64,000 bases of DNA, from positions 37,016,001 through 37,080,000 of the forward strand of contig NW_024704742.1 of the NCBI RefSeq assembly GCF_018977255.1, written 5' to 3'. The notes beneath the pieces were generated by a model. The model saw only the letters and a list, made by a program, of their open reading frames with translations. It did not search any database and was not told the DNA's origin. This DNA comes from Callorhinchus milii (lineage: Eukaryota). Numbering within the stretch: the stretch's first letter is position 1; every line of letters begins with the position of its first letter. Below, in pieces: positions 42,266-53,485 of the stretch. The translations under genes and the position numbers were made by a program.

Positions 42266-44093
42266 AAATACACACAGGTAACATCAAAGCTGTTCAGCTT
42301 GCAAAATGCTGACCAAGCTTTTTCTTTTACTTAGTAACCTGTTATCTACTGCCAGCATTTTCTGTTGCTATTCAATACTGCTCTCCTTAAATCATAATCG
42401 GAGATACAATGAGCAGTCTGCTGTCAGGAGTATATATTGTATTCCACTTATAATGGAATTTATCTTCTATGAAGTGGAGGAATGCAAAAAAAAAGATAAA
42501 TCCTAAGTAGCTCACTCTGGTTTGTAAAGTTACATTCCCAGTCTCAAGTACTGCCTCTGCTTTTGTAATAGTTTAGAGCTGAAAGGGCCTAATTAAGTCA
42601 AGTGAAAATAAAATTTTGCTTTTAAAGGTACAAGTCTGGAATGATTCTCTATTGGGATTAGGATAAAAATAGAAAAAAGTGTAGCAGAATATAGACAGAA
42701 AGTGCTGCCTACCTGCCAACCGTTGAGGGGGGTNGGGTAAGGAATCCATTTACCCCTTTACTTTAGATTCTATTGTTTTCCCTGTTTGTAAATCGGAACT
42801 TTTAACTCATAGTTTAGATCGAGGCTTCAAAGCTGTGCTGTGGGGTGTTGCATTCTTGGCGGTGCCGTCCTTGGGATGAGACATTAAACCTAGATCTCAT
42901 CTGTCTGTCTGTTCAGGTGGATGTTAAAGATCCCATGGCACTATTCGAATAAGTGAATAAGTGAAGAGAATTTCTGGCCAACAAATCCTCCAAATAAAAT
43001 TGGTGTTTGTTCCATGACAAAAGAACAATGAGAGAGCTTCAACTTTGGAGTGAGTAGCTGGACTGGCTGAGCGAAGTCAAGCATCAGTAGCTTGAACCAC
43101 AACAAACCAAACTTTTACAGATACTCATTACAAGTGGCTGGTCACTTCTAGTACTTTCTATTCTTCTCGTAAAACATATTATAATCTTCCCAGGATCCAC
43201 ATGCATGACTTTTGGCAAAGATAATCATTTGAAATACAGCATTCATTTTTAAGATAGAATCCTAATCATAAATGTAGCTAAATAATAATAAATAATCCTT
43301 GCATTTATCCTTGCATTTGATATGGTGCCTTATCACATCTTCGAGAGATCTCACAGCACTTCACAGAATATACTGTAAAAAGAATTGACTGCATACCTTG
43401 TGGGTGAAAGCTAAAAGATAACAACAACAACTTGCACTTATATAACACCCCTCATGCAGGATAGCGCCCCAGACAGTGGCAGAGCATGAAGCCAAGCCGA
43501 GGGGAGGGGGAAGTGACCATAAAACTGTTGTGATGGAGGTACAGAGTTTTGTGCAGGAAAGCACAAAGGTACCAACATGCCAGAGATATTACTGGATTTA
43601 GCAAACCTGAATAATCCCCCTGTGTGTTATAATTTAGATTCATCATTTGAGAAACCAAACTACAGAATTTGCCGCCACCCAAGCCCCCCCCCTTGTCCAC
43701 TTCTCCCGAATCCAACTCCCATCTTGGATGCAAATCTTCAACTGTCCAATACCTTAAGCTGAAAGGCGCTATATAAATGCAATTTGATGTTATTATTTCA
43801 GCACACCAAGATGGTATCCTGCATGAAGGGTGCTTGCTATATAAGTGCTTGTTGTTTTTTTTATTGCTGTTTTGTACAATGCAAAATCTAATACAAATAG
43901 GTAACAACAAAACAGCTCAGCAGTTAAAACGCTGATTTAGCTTTTTTTTCCAGTTGCATATTGACCTGTTATCTATTGCCAGCATTCTCTGATTTTATTC
44001 AATACACCTCTCCTTAGCAGATAATAGGAGATTTATGAGCTGTTGACTTACAGTAGTAAATTTTGCCTTCATAGGTACCGTGGAATTCATCAT
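42266..44093 (+). repeat. Diverged ~200 bp direct repeat (42266-42465 and 43890-44093)
   Basis: ACCTGTTATCTACTGCCAGCATTTTCTGTTGCTATTCAATACTGCTCTCCTTA versus ACCTGTTATCTATTGCCAGCATTCTCTGATTTTATTCAATACACCTCTCCTTA. Confidence 0.8.
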
Positions 44094-44164
44094 TATAAGT
44101 GCCTACTGCAAAATTCCATACAGCTGACAAATAGTACATTGTAACATTATCATACAAACCGACT

Positions 44165-44572
44165 GGGTCGGCATGGCTCAGTTGGTATTACTTTCGCCTC
44201 GGAATGAAAAGGTTCTTGGCTGAAACCCTATGTTACAACTTTGAACTCACACAGTTTAGGCTGAAGCTCCAATGCAGTACTGAGGGCATGCTGAATGATT
44301 GGAGGTGCTATCTTTCAGGTAGATGATCCCATGGTACTATTTGAAAAGAGAAGGGGGAGTTTCTCTCGATGTCCTGGCTAACAGTTTGCCAAATAAAATT
44401 GTTCGTTCACTTCATGGCTGTTTGTAGGATGCTGCTATGCATAAATTGGGTGCTGAGTTTGTCCAGAAGTACATCGTCACGACACTTCACGGTAAAATCC
44501 TGTGAAGTGCTTTGAAAAGTGTAGACAATGTGATAAGGTGCTATACCAAATGTAAGGATTATTTTTTATTAT
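44165..44572 (+). mobile_element. Ancient SacSINE1-like DeuSINE (related copies at ~12478-12896 -, 16255-16500 -, 24890-25165 -, 27953-28060 +, 28690-28990 +, 29995-30240 -, 30978-31250 -, 42820-43000 +, 52160-52295 +, 53935-54332 +, 56228-56365 +)
   Basis: Head TGGCTCAGTTGGTA, then GATCCCATGGTACTATTTGAAAAGAG..GGAGTTTCTC..GTCCTGGCTAAC, Deu 3' part and the shared tail; copies highly diverged. Confidence 0.78.
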
Positions 44573-44584
44573 CGTATATAATGG

Positions 44585-45152
44585 ACGAGTTGTTCGAATT
44601 TGGAATGATCTGCCTGAAAGGGTAGTGAAGTCCAATTCAATAACAGCTTTAAAGAGAGAACTGGATAGGTATCTGGGGAAGACGGGTTTGCAGGGTTATG
44701 GGGAGAAAGCTGGTGATTGGGGTTAGTGAAAGTGACTTGTTCTGTCAAAGAGCCGGCACAGACTCGATGGGCCGAATGGCCTCCTTCTGTGCCGTAACAT
44801 TCTGTAGCTCCTGTAGCTCAATGGTTAGAGCACTCGCTTTGCAAGCGAGAGACCTGAGTTCAATTCCAGGCAGGGCGAAACCTTGGGCAAGTTTCCTTAC
44901 TCCACACAGAGCCTAATAATAATCCCTCCAAAAAAAACCAATAATAAATTGGTCATTTTCAATCTACGACTGTTTGTGGGACATTGCTGTGCGCAATTGG
45001 CTGCTGCGTTCGCTCACAAATATACAGTCAATTCACTTTACAGTGTGGTCTGTGAAGCGCTTTCGGAAGTCCTCCCGACGTGAAAATCGCTATATCAAAT
45101 GCAAGGATTATTATTATTATTATTCTATGAATCTATGAATCTATGAATCTAT
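44585..45152 (+). mobile_element. CR1-clade LINE 3' end split by a SINE; tail (TCTATGAA)n
   Basis: TGGAATGATCTGCCTGAAAGGGTAGTG...GATGGGCCGAATGGCCTCCTTCTGTGCCGTAA is a typical chondrichthyan CR1 3'UTR. Confidence 0.85.
44809..45123 (+). mobile_element. Young SINE, short form, nested in a CR1 3' tail
   Basis: Same sequence family; the CR1 end precedes it and (TCTATGAA)n resumes at 45124. Confidence 0.92.
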
Positions 45153-47714
45153 AATTTGCGATATTCAGAAACATTACTTGAACAAAAATAACTGGCATTT
45201 TTATAGCGCTCTTCAGGGAATGTAGTTCAACGCTGAGCTGGAAGAAGAGGAGAGCTGACCGTAGGCATGGTCGATGAGAAAAATCTGCAGGTGTAATTTG
45301 AAGATGGACAAAAAGGAGGCAATAAAGAGAGATTGAGCCAGAGAGTTCCAGAGATTTGGGGCAAAGTGACTGAAAGTACTTTGAAGTGGTAACTGTAAAT
45401 GTTGTTTACAAATAATGCAAAATAGACAGTTTTGCAACAGAAATCACAATTTGAGCTTATGAATATTATAATAATAGTAATCCTTGCATTTAATACAGGT
45501 TCTTATCACGTTGTTGAGATGTCCCAAAGCATTTCACAGGATACGCTGTAAAGGGTCATTTTGTGGGCGAAACGCAGCAGCTAATTGCGCACAGCAGTGT
45601 CCCACAAACAGTCATTAAATACATAATTGTATGGTATTACGCTTCCAATATTTGATATGTGATATAAAGACTATTAAAAGTTAAAGAAATGGGATACCAG
45701 TAGGCACTCACCTTTCCCCAAACTAAATGCTTCAGCAAATATCACAAGGTGTTGACATCTACCTATTGTTATTGCAGGTGTGTAATAAAATTAATAATAC
45801 GTGCCTGGCTTAAGAGTACACGAAGACAGAATCAACCCCTCACACAGATTACTGAACTGTGCCAGATAGCAAGCCATGGGAGAAACGTATTTTCAAATTG
45901 TATTAGGTGTGAGTTATTACAAAGTAAAGGGTCTTTATTACCTTCACTAAGCAATCAGTTCAACCAATGCCAGATTCATAGAGCCTAGAAGATTGCTATT
46001 CCCCAAGATTTCATTAAAATTGAAAAAGAATTGGATTTGAGTTAAAAACTAAAACAAAACTTTTGTAAAGCCATTAGTTCCAGGAGCAGTCCCCAAATGC
46101 ACGTATGATCTAATCTAATTCTCTTGTCTTCCTCTTTGAGAGCAATAACCACTGTATGTGGTCCATTGTGGAAAGATAAGTGTCAATAGTCAATTGTCAA
46201 TCCAAAAGAAAAATTGCAATATTCTCTCCGAAGGGGCAGATTCTGATTTGTAATACATTTAGAATTGCTTTAGAAATGACAAAGGGCACTCTGGTCATTC
46301 TTGTCTCTCAGCATTGATAGCCATGTTCCAATTCAGGTTAAGTTTGTGAGGTATAAGATGTGTGTCCTAACAGTTTTCCTTCATTGTTCTGAACTCCAGA
46401 GTATGCAGAGGAGCATTTTTATTTTGGACCATTTACAAAGTACAGGACCAAGATGTGGGGGAGAAAAAAAGGTATGTGACTGCAGAAGGGAATGCTCCAG
46501 CCTATACAGACTTGGCGCTGAGCACACTGTAAGCGGAGTTGGGGGACAGTGGGTACATCTATTTGTCACACGAGGACATGGATTAAGCTGTTGGTGTTGA
46601 ATTAGTTTGATACATGTGTTGGACTTGTACTTCTGGAACATCAAGTTGGACAGTTGACTTAGACAGTTGCAAACTCGCACTCTAAAATCAGGAGCACGTC
46701 AGGATTAGTAATAAGATAATCCTTGCAATTGATAGTGCAATTCCAAGATGCTGGTGCTTAAGATCTTGTAACTGGCTTCAGGAACAATTATTACCAGTCA
46801 GTCTTACAGCCAGTGGTAAAGAGTAGAAAGGGAAAAGTGTGATGTTTCTAACAGATTCAATAAACATTTGATATTTATCAGATCAGTTCTGAAATATCAA
46901 ATTTTTCACCCCATTAACTCTGAAACAAGAAACATGCAACTCAATGTATTATAAGTCAACCGCTCACAATCTTTCATTATCGCAGTCAAATGTGTTGTTT
47001 TATTAGGTCAGCAGAGAGATTAGGAAAAAACATTTGTCTCTCCTCAGCTGAATTTGGAATGAACTCAAGACTTTCTGTCTTTGTAATGAAGCAAATGAAG
47101 GATCACAGTTCATGGCGTATCTAGCTCATTTGACCATTGGACAGAGCAGGGAAGATGATCACAGGCATGCTTGAAAAGGAAGGTCTTGTGATGGGCCTTG
47201 AAGGAGGCATCAGAGGGGGTGAGGCGGAGGGACTCTGGGATGGAGCTCCAGATTGTAGGGGCAGAAATTGAAGAATAAAAATTCTTGTTATTATTACAAT
47301 GTTGCCCTATATGTAATTTACTTAGGAGGAGGAGGAGAACCATGCAATTAGCTTCAGAAAAAAAATCCCTCCATTGAGTAAAAGCCATTAACTGATTAAG
47401 CCGCCTTCTCTGCAACTAAGTATTTTTAATCATTGGTGATGCAATTTGTTTTTTTCCATGTTTAAATGGAGAGGAAGCCAAACATTTGCTTTGCAGATAA
47501 CTAATTGGTTGGACAGATGCTTGAAGGAAATTATCCACTCTAAAAAGAGATTTACTGACCTTGTGACAACAAAGCATTACCTTGAAAACAAAACCAGCAG
47601 CCAAGAATACAGATGATAACCTTAAATAATCAACATGAACATTGAAAAGAGTACAAGGAGTGCAACAACAGTGTTTCTTCAGTGTATTTAAATTGTATCA
47701 TTGCCTGAACACTG

Positions 47715-47960
47715 CCCTGAAGGACCATGCTGAGAAGGGCCGAAGGGCATTCTGGTCGTGCTCATTTCTCTTGAAGGACAACAAGATCCCAATGCAGGTC
47801 AAGCTTGTGGCATACAAGACATGTGTGTAAACAGTCCATCTTTATGGGGGCAGGCTTTCTCTGGCCCATTTGCAAAGTCCAGGATCAAGCAGTGAGATGG
47901 ATTTGTTGCAAAAACACAGGAAGCTGCTGGAGGGAGGGACGGAGGGCTCTGATCTACACT
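47715..47960 (+). mobile_element. RTE-clade LINE fragment
   Basis: KGRRAFWSCSFLLKDNKIPMQVKLVAYKTCV*TVHLYG resembles the RTE post-RT motif (A..AF..L..K...Y...V...LLYG). Confidence 0.6.
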
Positions 47961-48539
47961 GACCTGTCACTAAGCACCCTGGAGTAGAAGATAACAAAAG
48001 TTTAATGTCTATAAAATTTTACTCATTCTTTTCAGTAACCCTTTAAAGCTCCTTGTTCCATCACCTGAAGTAACACAGTAACAGTCTCAGCAGCACGACC
48101 ATTAGTCCACTGAGGATCCTCATTTACTCTCACCTTCCTCCCTCCCTCCCCCAGAAAACACACATTATTCAGTAATTGCACAGAATCTACAGTAAATGTA
48201 AACAAACTGAAACATGATGTCCTTTTTTTACTCCTCATTTAATTTTAAATGTTTGAAAAGAAAACAGTAATCAAAATAGCCAAAATATTTTTTTGCAGGT
48301 TTATTAATAAATATGCTTGAAGCTGAAGCCAGTGAAAAGGGAAGCTGTCATTTAAATACTAGCAAGAACTTTAACATCTCAAATCCATAGTGACAGCTTT
48401 CTGATTGAATCTTTATTGTGAGTTTTAAGTGGCCTAATCCTCAAGAAGTATTTCCCTGGCAGACAGATCCAGTTGTCCCTTGTTTACTTTCCACAGCAAC
48501 TTATAAAAAAAGCATGGCAAAAAGCAAAAAGCAAACACA

Positions 48540-51500
48540 ACTTCCCCCTCACTCATACGTACCCTCCCCAGCTCTCCACAAACACCACTCTCCACAATCA
48601 TCTCTCCTGTACACCCTAAAATCCACTCCGCATCACTCTCTCCTCCCTCTCCTCCCACCAGCAAACCCACCCGCATTTCCCTCCAAAATGTCCGTTCCCT
48701 CTCAAACAAAGCCCTCACCATCCACGACCTCATCCTGGACGAGGACCTTGACATTCTTGGGTTCACCGAAACCTGGCTCTCCCCCAATGACTCCGTACCC
48801 CTAGTTGAAGCCTCCCCTCCAGGCTACTCCTTCCACCACACCCCCCGTCCAAACCAACATGGGGCGGGGTGGCCCTCATCTCCAAAGCCTCCCTTGGTCT
48901 TACCCCCTGCTCCTCTGGCTGTTTCCCCTCCTTCAAGCACCTCACCCTCTTCCATCCCTCTCTCCCACTGAAAATCCTCCTGGTTTACCGCCCCCCCTAA
49001 GCCCCCGGCTCCTTCCACACAGACATCTCTACTCTCTCTTCCGTGTCTCTCTGCTCCAAACGCCTGCTCATAATGGACGATTTCAACCTCCACCTAAACT
49101 CCCCTTGCACCACTTCTTCCGACTTCAGTACCCTCCTCTCCTCCCTAACCCTCATCCTTCACATAAATTCACCGACCCACAAAAGTGGCCATGCCTTTAA
49201 CCTCGTTATCACCCACGGCCTTGACATTTTCAACCTTAGCATAGTAGACAAAGCCATCTCGGACCACTTCCTCATCTCCTTCTCCTTTTGCATTCCTCTC
49301 TCCTCCACCAAACCCTCAACCATTCTCTACCATCCATGGAAAAGGCTACCTCCTGAGGCTCTCACAAAGGCCCTCACATCATCAAATATCCTATACCTCT
49401 GGTTTTCCACCCACGGAGCTCCTAAAGCAGCTGTCCGGCTGCTCCATGATCGCCTCTCCTCCACCTTCAACTCCCTCGTCCCCCTGAAATCCAAGACCAC
49501 CTCCAAACCCACCCGATACCCCTGGTACAACAACCATCTCCGCTGCCTAAAAACCCAAACCCGGCTGCTCGAGCGCAGATGGCGGAAAACTGGCCTGACA
49601 GTTCACCGCCAAATGTGGCTCAAGCATCTCTACAGCTACCACCGTTCTTTGACATGTGCAAAAACGGCCTTCCACTCCAACATCATCTTGGAGGCTAAAC
49701 ACAACCCTAAAATCCTTTTTTTCACCACCCACTACCTCCTCTGTGCCCCCCTTCAGGCCTCCTCAATCTTCACATCCAATGCCAAGTGCGAGGAGGTCAT
49801 GAACTTCTTTTCATCCAAAATACACAACATCCGCCAGGCAGCCTCATCCACCTGCCTCTTGTCACCCACTACCACGCCCTCTCTGTCCCCCTCACCCTCC
49901 CCATCATCAGCTCCTAATACGACACCCATCCTACATTCCGTCCTCCCCATCTCTCCCTCCTCCCTCTCACCCACCATCACCTAAATGAAACCCACCACCT
50001 GCTGCCTCAAACCCCTCCCCACCAACTTGCTGGTCACCCAGCTCCCTCTCCTCTGCCCACTACTGGCTGACATCATTAACTAGTCCCTCTCCTCTGGATC
50101 ACTCCCTGCCCCTCTCAAAACTGCTGTCATCAGCCCCCTCCTCAAAAAATCTTCCCTAGATCCCTCCAATCCCAGCCACTACCGCCCTATTTCAAACCTG
50201 GCCTTCCTCGCAAAAGTCCTAGAATGTGTGGTTGCAAATCAACTCTGCGCACACCTCTCCTCACACTCCCTCTTCGAACCCCTCCAGTCCGGTTTCAGCC
50301 CTGCCCACATACAGAGACTGCGCTTGTGAAAGTCACAAATGACATCCTCTCTATCTGTGACCAGGGCTCCCTCGGTCTACTTGTCCTCCTGGACCTCTCT
50401 GCCGCGTTCGACACAGTCGATCACGCCATCCTCCTCCACCGCCTTTCCTCCGTCATTCACCTCAGTGGGACCGCACTCGCTTGGTTTGAGTCTTATCTCA
50501 CGAACCGCTAGCAGTACATCTGCACAAACAGCTTCTCCTCCCGCTCTCACCTGGTTACCTGCGGGGTACCCCAAGAATCCATCCTTGGCTCCCTCCTCTT
50601 TCTGATCTACATGCTCCTTCTTGGGGATGTCATCCGCAGACATGGGGTTCACTTCCACATGTATGCAGATGACACCCAACTCTATTTTTCCACCTCACTT
50701 TGCAACCCCCAGTCCCTCTGATGTTCTGTCAGCCTGCCTGTCAGACCTCAGGGGCTGAATGAGTGCAAATTTCCTTCAGCTGAACGTTGACAAGACGGAA
50801 GCCATACTCTTTGGCTCTCGTCAACATCTAAAATCACACGGTTCTCACCTGCTCTACCTACCCGACCTGCCCCCAAAAATCTCCAAACCCGTACACAACG
50901 CAGGCATCAGGTTCGACCCCAATTATCCTTCCTCTCCCCACAGCGAGACACCTGGGTTCAATTCCAGGCAGGGCGAAACCCTGAGCAAGTTTCCTTACTC
51001 CACATGCCTAATAATAATCCCTCCAAAACAAAACAATGATAAATTTGTCATTTTCAATCTACGACTGTTTGTGGGACACTGCTGTGCGCATTTAGCTGCC
51101 GCGTTTCGCCTACAAGTATATGGTCAATTCACTTTACAGTCTATTCTGTGAAGCGCTTTGAGATGTCGACAAGACGTGAAACGCACTATATCAAATGCAA
51201 GGATTATTATTATTATTATTATCCAGTCCCTCACCAGCACTGCTTTCTTCCATCTCCGACGCATCGCCCGTCTTCGCCAATATCTCACTCCAAAAGTCGC
51301 TGAAACCCTGGTCCATGCCTTTGTCACCTCTCGGCTGGACTGTTCAAATGCCCTCCTCACCGGCCTCCCCTCCACTGCCATCCATAAAATCCAGGTCATA
51401 CAAAAATCTGCCACCCGCTTCTTACCCGCACCAAACTCTGCTCCCCAATTTCCCCAGTCCTTGCCAGACTGCACTGGTTGCCTGTCCCAGAGAGGATCGA

Positions 51501-51902
51501 ATTCAAGATCCTCACCCTTGTCTTCAAATCCCTCCACTTCTTTGAACCCCCCTATCTCTCTGACCTCCCCTCTCCTCAAAACAGTGCCCGTTGCCTTTGT
51601 TCCACCGGGTCTGGCCTCCTCCTTCTCCCCCGAGTCCTCCGCTCCACTCTCAGCGGCCGTGCCTTCAGCCATTATGCCCTGAGGCTCTGGAACTCTCTTC
51701 CTCACTCCCTTCGTCTCGTTCCCTCCCTTCCTATTTTCCAGGTCTCTGCTGAAGACCTTTCTTTTCGACCGAGCCTTTGGTCACCTTCCTCCACCTCCCC
51801 CCTGGTTCGGCCCTGGGATCCGTTACTGTGAAGCTCTCTGAGACGCCGTCCAGTGTGGAGGGTGCTATATAAATCCAAGTTGTTGTTGTTATTGTTGTTG
51901 TT
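48540..51902 (+). mobile_element. L2-clade LINE, near-complete but degenerate ORF2 (AP endonuclease + reverse transcriptase) with 3' tail (GTT)n
   Basis: LQNVRSLSNK...GFTETWL at 48681, [47 protein letters not shown] at 50662; several stops and frameshifts; SINE nested at 50942. Confidence 0.93.
50942..51220 (+). mobile_element. 5'-truncated short-form SINE inserted into L2 ORF2
   Basis: Interrupts the L2 sequence ...ctctccccac|atccagtccc...; B box, Deu-like domain and (TTA)n tail present. Confidence 0.9.
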
Positions 51903-53253
51903 GTATTTGCTTTTCTTACAAAATACTTTTTTCTTCTTTTGGTTTGCTCCCTTTGCAGAGCATGTCTTATCAATAGCAAAGAGTGCAATAATATGGACTT
52001 TGGACTGTATTACAACCACTACTGCTACTCTGTGATAATTTTGTACAAAGCATGGTTCAAGAGGCTTCAAGTCAAATTATGTCTCTATTGCCTTCCACTT
52101 CTCTCAACCCAGACAATACTGCTCTGCCTCAATACTACTAAACATCACCCGGTGGAGGTAAAGGAGTTTCTCCTGGTGTCCTGGCCAACAATACCCCAAA
52201 CAAAATTCACTTTAGAGTTCTCTGTGGGACATTGGTGTGCTCAAGTTGGCTATTGCGTTCACCTACAAAATACATAGTAACTACACTCTACAATAATGTT
52301 ATAAGGATAGGGTCAGGGGCATCAAAGCTCTTGACAGGGACATCCTAGCTGGGGTTGGAACCGAATGGGGGGGGGGGGGGTTAAAGCGGACCAAAACACA
52401 CTCAGAGAGATATATTTTGAGATGGGCCTTGAATGAGGGGAGGGAGCGAGTTGGAGGGACGCAGGGATGGAGTTCCAGAGAGCAAGGGAAGAATGACCAC
52501 TGATGGTGAGGTGGATAGGGCAAATGATATGAAGCAGGACGGTGCCCACTGAATGAAGGGAGCGGCCGGGCGATATGGTTGAAGGAAGTCGCAGTGGTCG
52601 GGTGGGGCGGATTTGAACATGAGAAAAAGAATCTTGAATTCAATCCACTGGGGTATAGGAAGCCAGTTGAGCTGAGCAAGGATGGGGCTCATAGTCTGGC
52701 AGATCTCATATTGAGAAGTGATCGATCTATAATCTACACCTGGCCATGCTGTAAACATCCCCATACTATATAATACTAACATTGGCATGTACCAGTGTAG
52801 GTCACTATGGAAATCTGATTCTAATTCTGGAACAAAAACTGGCATCAATGAATAGCATGCATTATATTCAATAGTGCAGAGAGCTGAAAAAAGTAGGGAA
52901 TGTTGGTCAGCACGGTGGCTGAGACACATGGAATGACGTTTGTAATTCCAAAAATCATCCATTCTTAAAGTTTCATCAAAATTAAAAATAGATTTAAAAT
53001 ATGAGCAGCAAAGGGAACAGCACACACTTATGAATAACCATTTTTCTTTTTGCACTAATTTTGAAAGAGGTCGTTTCATCTTCATGTAACTATTAGAATC
53101 TGTGCTACAAACTTAATCTAATATTTATATTGAGGAACAATATAAAACTGCAGATTTTTTTTCAAGTTGCGTCATTAAATTCATTTCATAATGGAGCTCA
53201 TGACAAAGGATTCTGTCAGCAATGATACATCTCCAGCAAAGAAACATACAGCT

Positions 53254-53485
53254 GGGTAGAAATTCAATGTGATCCAGATTTGCTCTGTGTAACATTTCAG
53301 AGTGTGCAGAATTTGGCAAACTTTTGAATTCAGTTTTAACTTTGCAGCTAGTTTTCTTTAGTTCTTAAAAGAAAGTACAGAAAATGAGCTTCAAAACTGA
53401 AGACTGGATTTAAGAATTCAACAAATTCTGGATGCTCTGAAATGCTGTGTTAATATGTAAATTTAGACACAGGTGGAATTTCATT
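53254..53485. mobile_element. Foldback MITE, ~105 bp imperfect inverted arms (family also at 4959-5194, 24263-24417, 25317-25423, 26871-27188, 55526-55772, 55980-56202)
   Basis: Left CATTTCAGAGTGTGCAGAATTTG pairs with right CAAATTCTGGATGCTCTGAAATG; termini GG(G/C)..GAAATT; the same motifs occur in the other copies. Confidence 0.72.

Noticed and set aside
31921..42734. Single N bases at 31921 and 42734
   Set aside because: Assembly ambiguities with no biological signal.
49043..49984. 313-aa ORF as a host gene
   Set aside because: It is part of a degenerate L2 ORF2 flanked by stops and frameshifts.
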